DNA from: Ruminococcus albus 7 = DSM 20455
GTDB lineage: Bacteria; Bacillota; Clostridia; Oscillospirales; Ruminococcaceae
Length of the DNA stretch: 32,000 bases
Assembly (NCBI RefSeq): GCF_000179635.2
Contig: NC_014833.1
Coordinates: 3,000,001 to 3,032,000 of the forward strand
Direction: 5' to 3'
The stretch's first letter is position 1; every line of letters starts with the position of its first letter. The notes beneath the pieces are model-generated. The model ran no database searches, had not been told where the DNA came from, and saw nothing but the letters and a program-made list of their open reading frames with translations. Shown one piece after another: positions 1 to 9,001 of this stretch. Made by a program: the position numbers and the translations under genes.

Positions 1-1785
1 ACTTCCGTCCTCGGAGATATCGATCTTGACATCACACTCAGCGGAGATCTTCTGGATGACCTTTCCGCCTGAACCGATAACTTCTCTGATCTTATCAACA
101 GGAACCTTGGTGGAGAGCATCTTGGGTGCCCACTTGCTGACCTCGGGTCTAACCTCGGGGATAGCCTTGAGCATGATCTCATCAAGGATATACATTCTTG
201 CTTTTCTGGTCTTCTCGAATGCGCTTGCGATGATATCCATAGTCAGACCGTCTACCTTGATATCTACCTGTATAGCGGTGATACCGTTCTTGGTACCGCC
301 TACCTTGAAGTCCATATCGCCGTAGAAGTCTTCAAGACCCTGGATATCTACCATTGTCATCCAGCTGCCGTCTTCCTTGGTGATAAGGCCGCAGGAGATA
401 CCTGCAACGGGTTCCTTTATTGGAACACCTGCGTCCATCAGAGCGAGGGTAGAACCGCAGATAGAGCCCTGAGAAGTAGAACCGTTGGAAGAAAGGACCT
501 CAGATACGCATCTGATAGCGTAGGGGAATTCATCAACGCTGGGCAGTACGGGAACGAGAGCTCTCTCAGCCAGTGCGCCGTGACCGATCTCACGTCTTCC
601 GGGGCCTCTTGAAGGTCTAGTTTCACCAACAGAGTAGCTGGGGAAGTTGTACTGGTGCATATATCTCTTGCTGGTCTCTTCGTCAAGACCGTCAAGCTTC
701 TGTGCATCGGAAACAGGGCCGAGAGTACAGATAGTCATTACCTGTGTCTGACCTCTGGTGAAGATACCGGAACCGTGAACTCTGGGCAGTACGCCTACTT
801 CAGCAGCGAGAGGTCTGATCTCGTCGATGCCTCTGCCGTCAACACGCTTGCCCTCATAGAGCCAGTTTCTAACGATCTTCTTCTGCAGCTTGTAGAGAAC
901 TTCCTCGAGCATAGCGCCCTGATCGGGATACTGCTCGTCATACTTCTCGTGAACTGCATCATATATAGGCTGCATTCTTGCATCTCTTATGTTCTTGTCA
1001 TCGGTATCGAGAGCCTTCTTAACGTCCTCGCCTACCATAGCCTCGATCTCGTCGAAGAGGTCGTGATCAACTTCCATAGACTCGAACTCGAACTTAGGCT
1101 TGCCGATCTCCTTCTGGATGCCCTTGATGAACTCTACCATCTTCTTGATCTCGGTATGGCCTGTTTCGATAGCCTTGAGCATCAGATCATCGGGTATCTC
1201 ATTAGCGCCTGCCTCGATCATAACGATCTTATCTGCAGAACCTGCAACTGTCAGGTTCAGTTCATTCTTAGCTCTCTGCTCCAGAGTGGGGTTCAGCACC
1301 AGCTCGCCGTCAACGTAGCCTACGTTGATAGAAGCAACGGGTCCGTTCCACGGGATATCGGAGATAGAGATAGCGATAGCAGCAGCGATCATACCTGTGA
1401 TCTCAGGTGAGTTATCGGGATCAACAGCCAGTACTGTCATAACAACAGTAACATCGTTTCTCATATCCTTGGGGAACAGAGGTCTGATAGGTCTGTCAAC
1501 ACATCTTGAAGTCAGTATAGCCTTATCACTTGCCTTGCCCTCACGCTTGGTGAAAGAACCGGGGATACGGCCTACTGCATACATCTTCTCCTCGAAGTCA
1601 ACGGAAAGAGGGAAGAAATCAACACCCTCTCTGGGCTTCTTGGAAGCTGTAACGTTAGCCATTACAACGGTCTCGCCGTATCTTACCCAGCATGAGCCGT
1701 TTGCAAGTCCGCAGGTCTTGCCTGTTTCTACAACTACAGGTCTGCCTGCATAAGTGGTCTCAAAAGTCCTTGCGTTCTCAAACAT
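1..1785 (-). CDS. pnp: polyribonucleotide nucleotidyltransferase (PNPase); first ~595 codons, 3' end runs off the left window edge
   Basis: Absent from the ORF track because there is no stop in the window. Reverse-strand translation from ATG (1785-1783) reads MFENARTFETTYAGRPVVVETGKTCGLANGS... It continues through RNase-PH-like regions (..RREIGHGALAERAL..) into a KH-like stretch (..KIREVIGSGGKVIQKI..). AGGAGG RBS at 1795-1800. Lies downstream of rpsO, the usual arrangement. Confidence 0.93.
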   Translation of the reverse strand, partial: MFENARTFETTYAGRPVVVETGKTCGLANGSCWVRYGETVVMANVTASKKPREGVDFFPLSVDFEEKMYAVGRIPGSFTKREGKASDKAILTSRCVDRPIRPLFPKDMRNDVTVVMTVLAVDPDNSPEITGMIAAAIAISISDIPWNGPVASINVGYVDGELVLNPTLEQRAKNELNLTVAGSADKIVMIEAGANEIPDDLMLKAIETGHTEIKKMVEFIKGIQKEIGKPKFEFESMEVDHDLFDEIEAMVGEDVKKALDTDDKNIRDARMQPIYDAVHEKYDEQYPDQGAMLEEVLYKLQKKIVRNWLYEGKRVDGRGIDEIRPLAAEVGVLPRVHGSGIFTRGQTQVMTICTLGPVSDAQKLDGLDEETSKRYMHQYNFPSYSVGETRPSRGPGRREIGHGALAERALVPVLPSVDEFPYAIRCVSEVLSSNGSTSQGSICGSTLALMDAGVPIKEPVAGISCGLITKEDGSWMTMVDIQGLEDFYGDMDFKVGGTKNGITAIQVDIKVDGLTMDIIASAFEKTRKARMYILDEIMLKAIPEVRPEVSKWAPKMLSTKVPVDKIREVIGSGGKVIQKISAECDVKIDISEDGS

Positions 1786-1821
1786 TAAATAAATCCTCCT
1801 GTCACTGTCCGGCAAAGGCTT

Positions 1822-1878
1822 TAGCATAAAGCGCAGAGTGCAGATTTTCCCGACTTTTACACTCTCCGTTCAATGCTA
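1822..1878 (-). promoter_or_regulatory. long stem-loop in the pnp 5' leader (possible processing or autoregulation hairpin)
   Basis: On the minus strand TAGCAT..GGAGAGTG..loop..CACTCT..ATGCTA can pair (outer arms at 1822-1827 and 1873-1878). Sits between the rpsO terminator and the pnp RBS. The function is only an analogy to pnp leaders of other bacteria. Confidence 0.3.
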
Positions 1879-1910
1879 AAAAACCATCACGCGAACATAA
1901 TTTTACTGTT

Positions 1911-1954
1911 TTTAAAAACACCAAAAGGCAGTGGCGGTAGTCCGCCTCTGCCTT
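1911..1954 (-). terminator. rho-independent terminator after rpsO
   Basis: 13-position stem (1925-1937 / 1942-1954, 12 pairs, one mismatch) with a 4-nt loop, followed on the minus strand by TTGGTGTTTTT. Confidence 0.6.
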
Positions 1955-1970
1955 GATGATCTTAACTTGA

Positions 1971-2237
1971 TTACTTACGGATACCCAGCTTATCGATAAC
2001 GGCTCTGTATCTCTCGATGTCGTTCTTCTTCAGGTAGTTGAGAAGGTTTCTTCTCTTACCGATCATCTTGTACATACCTCTTCTGGAGTGGTTATCCTTC
2101 TTGTGCACCTTCAGGTGTTCTGTCAGGTCGCTGATCCTTCTTGTCAGTATAGCGATCTGTACCTCAGGGGAACCTGTGTCGGTGTCATGTGTTCTGTTAG
2201 CCTCTATAACGGCTGTCTTTTCGTCTTTTCTCAGCAT
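1971..2237 (-). CDS. rpsO: 30S ribosomal protein S15
   Basis: 88-aa ORF with typical S15 sequence (..[49 protein letters not shown]..). Confidence 0.97.
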   Translation of the reverse strand: MLRKDEKTAVIEANRTHDTDTGSPEVQIAILTRRISDLTEHLKVHKKDNHSRRGMYKMIGKRRNLLNYLKKNDIERYRAVIDKLGIRK

Positions 2238-2373
2238 AATCTTGTACCTCTTTCTTAAAATATTTTCCTCTGCGTCGGGATACGGCAGGTACTTTCTTCT
2301 TACCGAAGCGTGACCCGTATTCTGATGCAGGGATACTTATGCCTGCGCGCTATCCGCACAATATGACTTATTT

Positions 2374-2402
2374 ATTATACATCATTACGTGCTGTTTGTA
2401 AA
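2374..2402 (-). promoter_or_regulatory. sigma-A-type promoter for rpsO (TTTACA-17-TATAAT) followed by a ~135-nt GC-rich leader
   Basis: Minus strand has -35 TTTACA (2397-2402), a 17-nt spacer and -10 TATAAT (2374-2379). The leader at 2238-2373 has several possible hairpins. An S15 autoregulatory leader is plausible but not demonstrated. Confidence 0.45.
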
Positions 2403-2426
2403 GAGAGTTCATAAACTTTTTACATA

Positions 2427-3290
2427 TCACTTCTCATATTCCGCTGCGATATTCTTTCCGTCGCATTTGGCTATGACCGCATTCTTCCTGGTCAGGAACA
2501 CCTCTGCACCGCATTTTTTAAAAAGCGAAACCGTTTCCTCATCCTCGGGTTCTTCATCGGAGCAGGTAATGACGGCGATATCCGCTTTGATCTTTTCGGC
2601 AAAGGGTTTTAACTGCTTCTGCCAGTGACCGTGATAGGGCACTTTGACAAATCGGTAGACTTTATCGTTGTTCGCATTGAACTCTGCAAGCCTTTCATTT
2701 TCGGCATCACCTGCAAAGAGCATATCCACATCGCCCAGTGTCACCGATGTTATCAGGGAGGAATTATTGCTGGGGTCTTTGTCATAGACTTCCTGTGCAG
2801 GCGGGTCTACGGTGAAAGTTGCTTCCCCCAGAGTGAAGTTCAGCACCTCACGAACCGTCTGCGCGGTCATGCCTTTTTTATCCAGTGCTTCAAGATAGTT
2901 TTCGTACTCATTACCTTCCTTCGGGGAGTTGCTTTGCAGCACTGTCCCTACCTCACATTCTTTAAGCACCTTTGCAGCGCCGCCAACATGGTCCTTATCA
3001 AAATGGGTGATTATGAGATAATCGAGTTTTTTGATACCATTTTCTTCCATATAGGCGACTATCTCTTTGCCGAAGCCCTTTTCACCGCAGTCGATGAGCA
3101 CTGCCCAGTCTTCACTGTATATGAGTTCGGCATCAGCCTTGCCGGCACTGAAACTATATATAGTCAGACCTTCACCTATCTCGCTGATATCGATCTTATC
3201 TTTATTTGCCGTACACGCTGACAGCAGCGCTGTCAGGACAGCAGTACCGATGCAGAGAAATCTTTTAAGCATAAACATTTTCCTTTCCAT
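2427..3290 (-). CDS. MBL-fold metallo-hydrolase lipoprotein (ComEC C-terminal-domain-like)
   Basis: Signal peptide with lipobox (..LTALLSAC). Metallo-beta-lactamase motif LIITHFDKDHVGG, later DAENE and PYHGH. The true start is probably one of the internal ATGs (M5/M7, about 3272-3278), which lie behind a GGAAAGGA RBS. Confidence 0.85.
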   Translation of the reverse strand: MERKMFMLKRFLCIGTAVLTALLSACTANKDKIDISEIGEGLTIYSFSAGKADAELIYSEDWAVLIDCGEKGFGKEIVAYMEENGIKKLDYLIITHFDKDHVGGAAKVLKECEVGTVLQSNSPKEGNEYENYLEALDKKGMTAQTVREVLNFTLGEATFTVDPPAQEVYDKDPSNNSSLITSVTLGDVDMLFAGDAENERLAEFNANNDKVYRFVKVPYHGHWQKQLKPFAEKIKADIAVITCSDEEPEDEETVSLFKKCGAEVFLTRKNAVIAKCDGKNIAAEYEK

Positions 3291-3328
3291 TCCCCTGTAT
3301 CTCCCCTGTTATTTTACCTTTCGGATGC

Positions 3329-4780
3329 TTACTCCTCACTATCCGTATCATCGTTTCCGCTTTCAGGACCGGGATTCAGACCTCGCAGATACTTTCTCTG
3401 TGCCAGCAGGAAGCAGAACACGCAATATGCCCCTATGCAAAGAAGTACGATGCTGCCTGTCACCTTGAACAGTTTTGAACCGAAATAAGCCTTTGTGATC
3501 CTGGCTCTTTCCTTGACCGGTGAGCGTTCTACCTTCGTGGTGGATATAAGGTCTATCACCGCAAGTACCTCACCCTTATAGATAAGTTCCATCGTTCCGA
3601 GGACATCGCCCTTTTCAACAGGTGCGACAATGTTATCCCTAACGGTTATCCTTTTTTCAACATCTTCTATAGGGATGTTTACAGGCCACATACGGCTGTA
3701 GCCGTTTGCGGGTTTGAGATTGGCATAATCCTGCTTTTTGCCGTAGCCTACCTTAACGTCCCTGACCTCACTGGATTCATTGATGAAATCCTTCTGTACA
3801 AGGGTATCGAATGCCCATTCATACAGATTTATATGGTCGATGAAGCTGTAATACACCACATCATCCGCATATACGGATTCAGGATCAGCCTCGCCTTTTT
3901 TTACATCTTCTGCCAGTTTTTCCATAGGTGCACCCATTGTCACCACCAGATACCTTACACCGTCGCTTACAGCATAGCTGGCAAAGCAGCGTCCCGCAGA
4001 TTCGGTGGTACCTGTTTTTATGCCGCGGCATTTTGCATAATAGTACTTTGTGTACTCATTTATCATATAGTCTGTGCTGGCGATATACGTGCCCTCGGGG
4101 TGGAAATCCGTAGGCGCCATGGTGAATGAGGGACTGCCTACAAGTTCCTCAAAGACAGGGTATTTATCAAGGGCGTATCTGCATATCGTAGAGATATCCT
4201 TTGCGGTGGAATAATTCTGCTGGGTAAACAGGCCGTGGGCATTTGAGAAATGGGTGTGCTTCAGACCCAGTTCGGATACCTTCGCATTCATCATATCGAC
4301 AAATCCCGATATATTTTCCCCGACGTTTATCGCTATTATATTGGCAGCCTCACAGGCTGAGGGTATCAGCAGTGCTGCCAGCAGATCATAAGCGCTGACA
4401 CTCTCGTTGGGCTGGATATCCGCAGTAGCCGCACCCGTATCATAAAGTTCGTCAAAAGCCTCGGTGCCTGCGGACATCATTTTATTTCTCAGGGTGCTTT
4501 CATCACCGCCAAGCTCGTCCAGCAGCACCACGGCTGTCATAAGCTTTGTCAGGGATGCAGGCGGTACTTCCTTTTCGCTGTTGATATCCACAACCACTTC
4601 GCCCGAATCCATATTTACCATATAAACACAATCGGAATAAAGCTTCACTTCACTGCGCTCACCGTCGGCATCGACTGTAGTCGGCACAAAGCTCAGCGCT
4701 GACGCTGTAAAGCTGCCCATATCCGCAAATATCAGTGCCGCACAGAGCAGCGCTGCTATCACACGTAGTTTCTTCTTCAT
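3329..4780 (-). CDS. serine-type D-Ala-D-Ala carboxypeptidase (PBP5/DacB-like) with C-terminal membrane anchor
   Basis: N-terminal signal sequence. SxxK (ASLTK), SxN (SNAHG) and KTG (KTGTT) motifs in canonical order. Hydrophobic C-terminal helix (IVLLCIGAYCVFCFLL). Confidence 0.9.
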   Translation of the reverse strand: MKKKLRVIAALLCAALIFADMGSFTASALSFVPTTVDADGERSEVKLYSDCVYMVNMDSGEVVVDINSEKEVPPASLTKLMTAVVLLDELGGDESTLRNKMMSAGTEAFDELYDTGAATADIQPNESVSAYDLLAALLIPSACEAANIIAINVGENISGFVDMMNAKVSELGLKHTHFSNAHGLFTQQNYSTAKDISTICRYALDKYPVFEELVGSPSFTMAPTDFHPEGTYIASTDYMINEYTKYYYAKCRGIKTGTTESAGRCFASYAVSDGVRYLVVTMGAPMEKLAEDVKKGEADPESVYADDVVYYSFIDHINLYEWAFDTLVQKDFINESSEVRDVKVGYGKKQDYANLKPANGYSRMWPVNIPIEDVEKRITVRDNIVAPVEKGDVLGTMELIYKGEVLAVIDLISTTKVERSPVKERARITKAYFGSKLFKVTGSIVLLCIGAYCVFCFLLAQRKYLRGLNPGPESGNDDTDSEE

Positions 4781-4820
4781 CTATACATGACCTCTTTGTC
4801 CAAAATTCTTAAACATTATC

Positions 4821-4849
4821 AGTATAGCACAATCCCGTGTCTTTTGCAA
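4821..4849 (-). promoter_or_regulatory. sigma-A-type promoter upstream of the carboxypeptidase gene
   Basis: Minus strand TTGCAA (4844-4849), 17 nt, then TGcTATACT (-10 at 4821-4826). AAGAGG RBS before the ATG at 4780. Confidence 0.4.
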
Positions 4850-4888
4850 GCGGCTTTTGGCGAAAATGGCGTGAAAAATATTACGGCA

Positions 4889-7186
4889 CTATTTTGCCCC
4901 CGACATATCGGCTGCAAATATAACAGGCCTGCCGTTTTTAACAGCAAGACGAAGTTCCCTGCCGCAGCCTGCAAGTATGCTGTCACAGAGGATGTCCTCG
5001 GCATCCTGCTCGACAAATCGGCGGATATCACGGGCAGAGCCGCCTGAGGAAAGACACTTTTCAGCGGCATAGTTTTCACATTCGCGGGATATCTCCAGGG
5101 TATAGCCCAGCTTCGCGGCACGCTCCGAAAGTTTAGCAAGTTCCATACCTGCGATACGGCGCAAAGTTTCGATACAGGGCGGTTCAAATACGATGATATC
5201 ATCCATGCGGTTTATCAGTTCGGGAGAGAGGACTTTTTTCACCGCCTGCCCGATATCGCGCCTGCAGCTTTCTCCGTCATGGCTGAAAAAGCCTGCGTGC
5301 TTTCTGTCTGCCAGTTCTGCCGCACCTGCATTTGTGGTGAGTATCACTGTCAGTTCTGACAACTCTGCCGTTCTGCCTGCGCTGTCGGTAATGACACCCT
5401 CCTCCAGCATTTGCAGCAGAACACCGAAAACATCCCTGTGAGCCTTTTCTATTTCATCGAAGAGAAGCACTCCGCAGGGACGGCGGCGGATAAGTTCAAC
5501 CAGTCTGCCGCCGTCCTCATAACCCACATATCCTGCAGGTGCACCTATCAGCTTTGCGACGCTGTGGGGTTCCATATACTCGCTCATATCCAGACGTATA
5601 AGGCTGTCACTGCCGTAAAGCAGAGCTGAGAGTTCTCTTGCGAGCATGGTCTTGCCAACGCCTGCCGGACCTGCGAACACGAAGCTCCCCACTGGTCTGC
5701 CTCCCCTTTCAAGCCCCAGTCTGCGCCGCCTTACGGCGCGGGACACTGCCGCTACTGCCCTTTCCTGACCTATGACGGTACTGTTGAGTTTTTCCTCCAG
5801 ATGTCTGAGAGCCTCACGTTCATCTGTATCGGCACAGGTACATACGATACCGGTACATCTGCTGACGGTCTGTTCCAGTATATCACGGGTCAGAACGGTG
5901 CGCCTGTGTGCTTTTGATATCGCATCGAGATATCCGCCTCTGTCGATCTCACCCGCGAGATACTTTTCAAAGGCACGCTCGGGGGTACGGTCTTCACCTG
6001 CTGCCAGCCCTGCCGCACTGCAGGCACCGTCAAGGAGCTCCAGTGCTTTATCCGGGAAATGTTTATGCTTCATATAGCGTCCGCTGAGTTCCACCGCACT
6101 GCGGCATACTTCCTCGGGTATACTGACCTCGTGATGATCCTCCAGTCTTCCCTTCAGCCCCACGAGTATCCTGTAAGCGGTATCCTCATCCGGTTCGCTT
6201 ATATCCACCCTGCAGAAGCGCCTGTCCATAGCAGCATCCTTTTCTATGGTGCGGCGGTATTCCTCGGGAGTTGTCGCGCCTATTATCTGTATTCTTCCGC
6301 GTGCAAGGTCGGGTTTCAGTATATTAGCGGCATCTATGGCACCCTCTGCCGCACCTGCGCCCATGATATTGTGGAGTTCATCTATAAAAAGGATAACATT
6401 TCCTGCCAGCGAAGCTTCATCAAGGCAGGCTCTCAGACGTTCTTCAAAATCTCCGCGGTACTTTGCGCCCGCAAGCAGAAGAGTTATATCCAGTGCGAAT
6501 ATGCGCTTATCTGCCAGCTGAGGCGGTACGCTGCCTGATATTATCTTTACGGCAAGCCCCTCAGCCAGTGCTGTTTTGCCTACACCTGCATCACCTACAA
6601 GACACGGGTCGTTCTTGCGGCGGCGGCAGAGTATCTCCATAACAAGGCGGAGCTCATCATCCCTGCCTATAAGCGGATCAAATCCAAGACACACTGCAGG
6701 GTCGGTCAGCTCGGTACCATAGCGTGAAAGTGATTTAAGGTGAGGCTGATCTCTTCGGGAGATACAGCTTCCGGCACCGGTCAGGCAGTCAGATGCTATC
6801 CTGCGCTCCTCGGCATTGAGCCTGCGGAGTATCTGCATGGCGCAGCTGTCCCTGCAGCGCATAAGCCCTGACAGTATATGCTCACTGCCAACGCTTTTTC
6901 CTCCCAGACGTTCCGCAGCCTCCAGCGCTTTGCGTACATTTTCGGTCTGTGCAGTTTCGGGTGTCATACAGGGAGTGCCCCTGCCGATAAGATCATCCAT
7001 TTCATCACATACCCGTTCAGCAGTAACGCCGTACCTTTTCAGCACAGCCTCCGCCGCACCGCAACAGCTTACAAGCGCAAGCAGCAGATGCTCACTGCCC
7101 ACATAAGTATGACCGCGTTCACCTGCCAGCACAGCAGCCCTCCGCAGGACTTTCCTGCCCGTTTCAGTATAGTTCTCATAGCTCAT
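4889..7186 (-). CDS. clpC: ClpC-type AAA+ ATPase (Clp_N repeats plus two AAA modules) with a shortened middle domain
   Basis: Two Clp_N repeats (GSEHLLLAL, GSEHILSGL). D1 Walker A GDAGVGKTA and Walker B ILFIDELH. D2 Walker A GPAGVGKTM and Walker B LLFDEIEKAH. An AGF tripeptide sits where a ClpP-docking loop is expected. The track start at 7195 is GTG. ATG at 7186-7184 lies 8 nt after GGAGG and is preferred. Confidence 0.9.
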   Translation of the reverse strand: MSYENYTETGRKVLRRAAVLAGERGHTYVGSEHLLLALVSCCGAAEAVLKRYGVTAERVCDEMDDLIGRGTPCMTPETAQTENVRKALEAAERLGGKSVGSEHILSGLMRCRDSCAMQILRRLNAEERRIASDCLTGAGSCISRRDQPHLKSLSRYGTELTDPAVCLGFDPLIGRDDELRLVMEILCRRRKNDPCLVGDAGVGKTALAEGLAVKIISGSVPPQLADKRIFALDITLLLAGAKYRGDFEERLRACLDEASLAGNVILFIDELHNIMGAGAAEGAIDAANILKPDLARGRIQIIGATTPEEYRRTIEKDAAMDRRFCRVDISEPDEDTAYRILVGLKGRLEDHHEVSIPEEVCRSAVELSGRYMKHKHFPDKALELLDGACSAAGLAAGEDRTPERAFEKYLAGEIDRGGYLDAISKAHRRTVLTRDILEQTVSRCTGIVCTCADTDEREALRHLEEKLNSTVIGQERAVAAVSRAVRRRRLGLERGGRPVGSFVFAGPAGVGKTMLARELSALLYGSDSLIRLDMSEYMEPHSVAKLIGAPAGYVGYEDGGRLVELIRRRPCGVLLFDEIEKAHRDVFGVLLQMLEEGVITDSAGRTAELSELTVILTTNAGAAELADRKHAGFFSHDGESCRRDIGQAVKKVLSPELINRMDDIIVFEPPCIETLRRIAGMELAKLSERAAKLGYTLEISRECENYAAEKCLSSGGSARDIRRFVEQDAEDILCDSILAGCGRELRLAVKNGRPVIFAADMSGAK

Positions 7187-7261
7187 GCAAAACACCTCCG
7201 CAGAAAGTATAGCCTTATAGGATAAAAGTATTCAGAGCCGCTTGAAATATGCAGCGCTGTA

Positions 7262-7288
7262 ACCATTTTTCCAAAGCAGCATAATATA
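7262..7288 (+). promoter_or_regulatory. candidate sigma-K-type promoter (AC-N16-CATAATATA) upstream of the Cys-rich peptide ORF
   Basis: AC at 7262-7263, 16 nt, then CATAATATA at 7280-7288. Compared with the B. subtilis sigma-K consensus AC-16/17-CATAnnnTA as I recall it. This is a short, low-information match. Confidence 0.25.
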
Positions 7289-7337
7289 TACCATAAGGCT
7301 CACGCAGCCTTAAATAAACAACAAGGGAGTCGATACT

Positions 7338-7442
7338 ATGAATTTCGGAACAAACAACGTATGGTGGATAATCATTCTCATCCTCATCATCGGTATGTCA
7401 GGCTGCGGCTGCTGCGGATGCAATAACAACTGCGGCTGCTGA
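7338..7442 (+). CDS. 34-aa hydrophobic, Cys/Gly/Asn-rich peptide (YjcZ-like tiny membrane/sporulation peptide candidate)
   Basis: Below the ORF-track cutoff. AAGGGAG RBS sits 7 nt before ATG 7338. Translation is MNFGTNNVWWIIILILIIGMSGCGCCGCNNNCGC, stop TGA 7440-7442, with a hairpin 20 nt downstream. It lies in a sporulation neighbourhood. Confidence 0.55.
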   Translation: MNFGTNNVWWIIILILIIGMSGCGCCGCNNNCGC

Positions 7443-7461
7443 TAGGCAGCACACCGAAAAC

Positions 7462-7484
7462 AGGGGGCAGCGCTGCTGTCCCCT
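7462..7484. terminator. hairpin between the convergent peptide ORF and spoIVA
   Basis: 10-bp GC-rich stem (7462-7471 / 7475-7484, one G-T pair) with a 3-nt loop. The minus strand follows with TGTTTTCGG. Confidence 0.45.
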
Positions 7485-7511
7485 ATGTTATTGTATACGC
7501 AGTTATGGATA

Positions 7512-8987
7512 TCAGAGTATAAGGCATATAAGTCCCGAACAGCCCTCATTTATCATGCGCTCCACCGTTTCTTTAAGGCGCATACGTGCATCATCGGGCA
7601 GTTTTGAAAGCTTTGTGTAAAGCCCCTCGCTCACAAGCTCATGCAGTGATTTTCCGAAGATATTTGAGCCCCATATCTTATCGGGCTCCTTCTCAAAATC
7701 GCTCATCATGTACATAACCAGCTCCTCGGATTGCTTTTCCGATCCGACTATGGGTGCTACCTCGGTATTAATCTCAGTACGTATCAGATGAACGGCAGGG
7801 GCCTGCGCCTTCAGTCGTATCCCGTACTTGCCGCCCTGTCTTATTATCTCGGGTCCTTCCATAGTGAGTTCATCGGGTCCGGGCATGACTATGCCATACC
7901 CTGTGCTCTCCATCTGTGTGATCGCATCTTTGTACTTTGCAAACTTCCTGCGTATCTCCACCAGTTCCAGTATACGCGGCAGAAGTTCGTTCTCTCCGTT
8001 TATCTCAATACCTGTTGCCTCGCCTATCACGCGGTAGAATAGTCCGCCGGAAAGTTCTGCTGATATGACAGCCGAACCGCTTCCTGCATCTATGGATCTG
8101 ACAGAACAGCTTTCTATATACTCACATCCGCCGATAGTATCAGCACACGCGGATATCTGCCTGAGTGTTTCAACGCCCTCGGCGGCTTCACGTATATGAG
8201 CAAATACAGCTTCTTTCAGCCAGTGCCCCCTGCCAAGGGTGTTTATCCAGCCCGGCATGGCTATACCTATCTCCCGAACAGGGAATGAATACAGCACATT
8301 TGCCATTATGCCCATTATATCTTCATCTTCAAGCTCGGTGCAGTTTACCGCCATGACATCGGTGCTGTATTTTTCACTCAGCTGTTTACAAAGCTGTCGG
8401 GCTTCATCACTGTCAGGGTCTTCGGTGTTCAGCAGGACCGCAAATGGTTTTCCTGCAGCTTTGAGTTCGTTTATGACCCTCTCCTCGGCTTCTTCGTATT
8501 CATCACGTGGGAGATCGGTAAAGCTTCCGTCTGCGGTGATCACAAGACCTATAGTGGAATGCTCAGTTATCACCTTGCGGGTGCCGACCTCTGCCGCCAT
8601 ATTGAAAGGTATCTCGGTATCGAACCAGGGAGTCATCACCATACGCGGAGCTTCTTCCTCGATATACCCCTGTGCCGAGGGAATTATATAACCCACACAG
8701 TCGATGAGCCGCACATTGAAGCTGGCTCCGCCTTCCAGCGATACATTCACCGCTTCTTCGGGTATGAATTTAGGTTCGGTGGTCATGATAGTACGTCCCC
8801 CTGCGGATTGGGGAAGTTCGTCCTGCGCCCTTTCTCTGCGGTACTCACTGCTGATATTGGGTATAACCAGTTTTTCCATGAACCGTTTTATGAATGTGGA
8901 TTTGCCCGTTCTCACGGGTCCTGCCACGCCTATATAGATATCTCCGCCCGTTCTGCGGGCTATGTCTGTATATATATCCCTGCTCAC
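7512..8987 (-). CDS. spoIVA: stage IV sporulation protein A (spore-coat basement-layer ATPase)
   Basis: N-terminus ..DIYTDIARRTGGDIYIGVAGPVRTGKSTFIKRFME.. closely matches the SpoIVA Walker A region. 491 aa. GTG start with AAGGGGG upstream. Confidence 0.95.
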   Translation of the reverse strand: MSRDIYTDIARRTGGDIYIGVAGPVRTGKSTFIKRFMEKLVIPNISSEYRRERAQDELPQSAGGRTIMTTEPKFIPEEAVNVSLEGGASFNVRLIDCVGYIIPSAQGYIEEEAPRMVMTPWFDTEIPFNMAAEVGTRKVITEHSTIGLVITADGSFTDLPRDEYEEAEERVINELKAAGKPFAVLLNTEDPDSDEARQLCKQLSEKYSTDVMAVNCTELEDEDIMGIMANVLYSFPVREIGIAMPGWINTLGRGHWLKEAVFAHIREAAEGVETLRQISACADTIGGCEYIESCSVRSIDAGSGSAVISAELSGGLFYRVIGEATGIEINGENELLPRILELVEIRRKFAKYKDAITQMESTGYGIVMPGPDELTMEGPEIIRQGGKYGIRLKAQAPAVHLIRTEINTEVAPIVGSEKQSEELVMYMMSDFEKEPDKIWGSNIFGKSLHELVSEGLYTKLSKLPDDARMRLKETVERMINEGCSGLICLIL

Positions 8988-9001
8988 CCTTGTATGCCCC
9001 C

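Noticed and set aside
655-1410. 251-aa plus-strand ORF, together with 26-325, 1100-1318 and 1325-1753.
   Set aside because: These lie antisense to, or out of frame within, the clearly recognisable PNPase coding region on the minus strand. They have low-complexity Leu/Ser-rich translations and no RBS, so they are shadow ORFs.
2625-3221. 198-aa plus-strand ORF opposite the MBL lipoprotein gene. Similar long antisense ORFs occur at 5772-6538, 8559-9242, 8894-9430, 11908-12582, 14974-15705 and 27006-27530.
   Set aside because: Each lies entirely inside a gene on the other strand whose product has strong family motifs. The antisense translations have no recognisable motifs.
7310-7549. 79-aa minus-strand ORF overlapping the spoIVA 3' end and the Cys-rich peptide ORF.
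   Set aside because: There is no RBS and the composition is odd (Gln/Pro run). It spans the inter-gene hairpin. The plus-strand 34-codon ORF with an RBS explains the region better.
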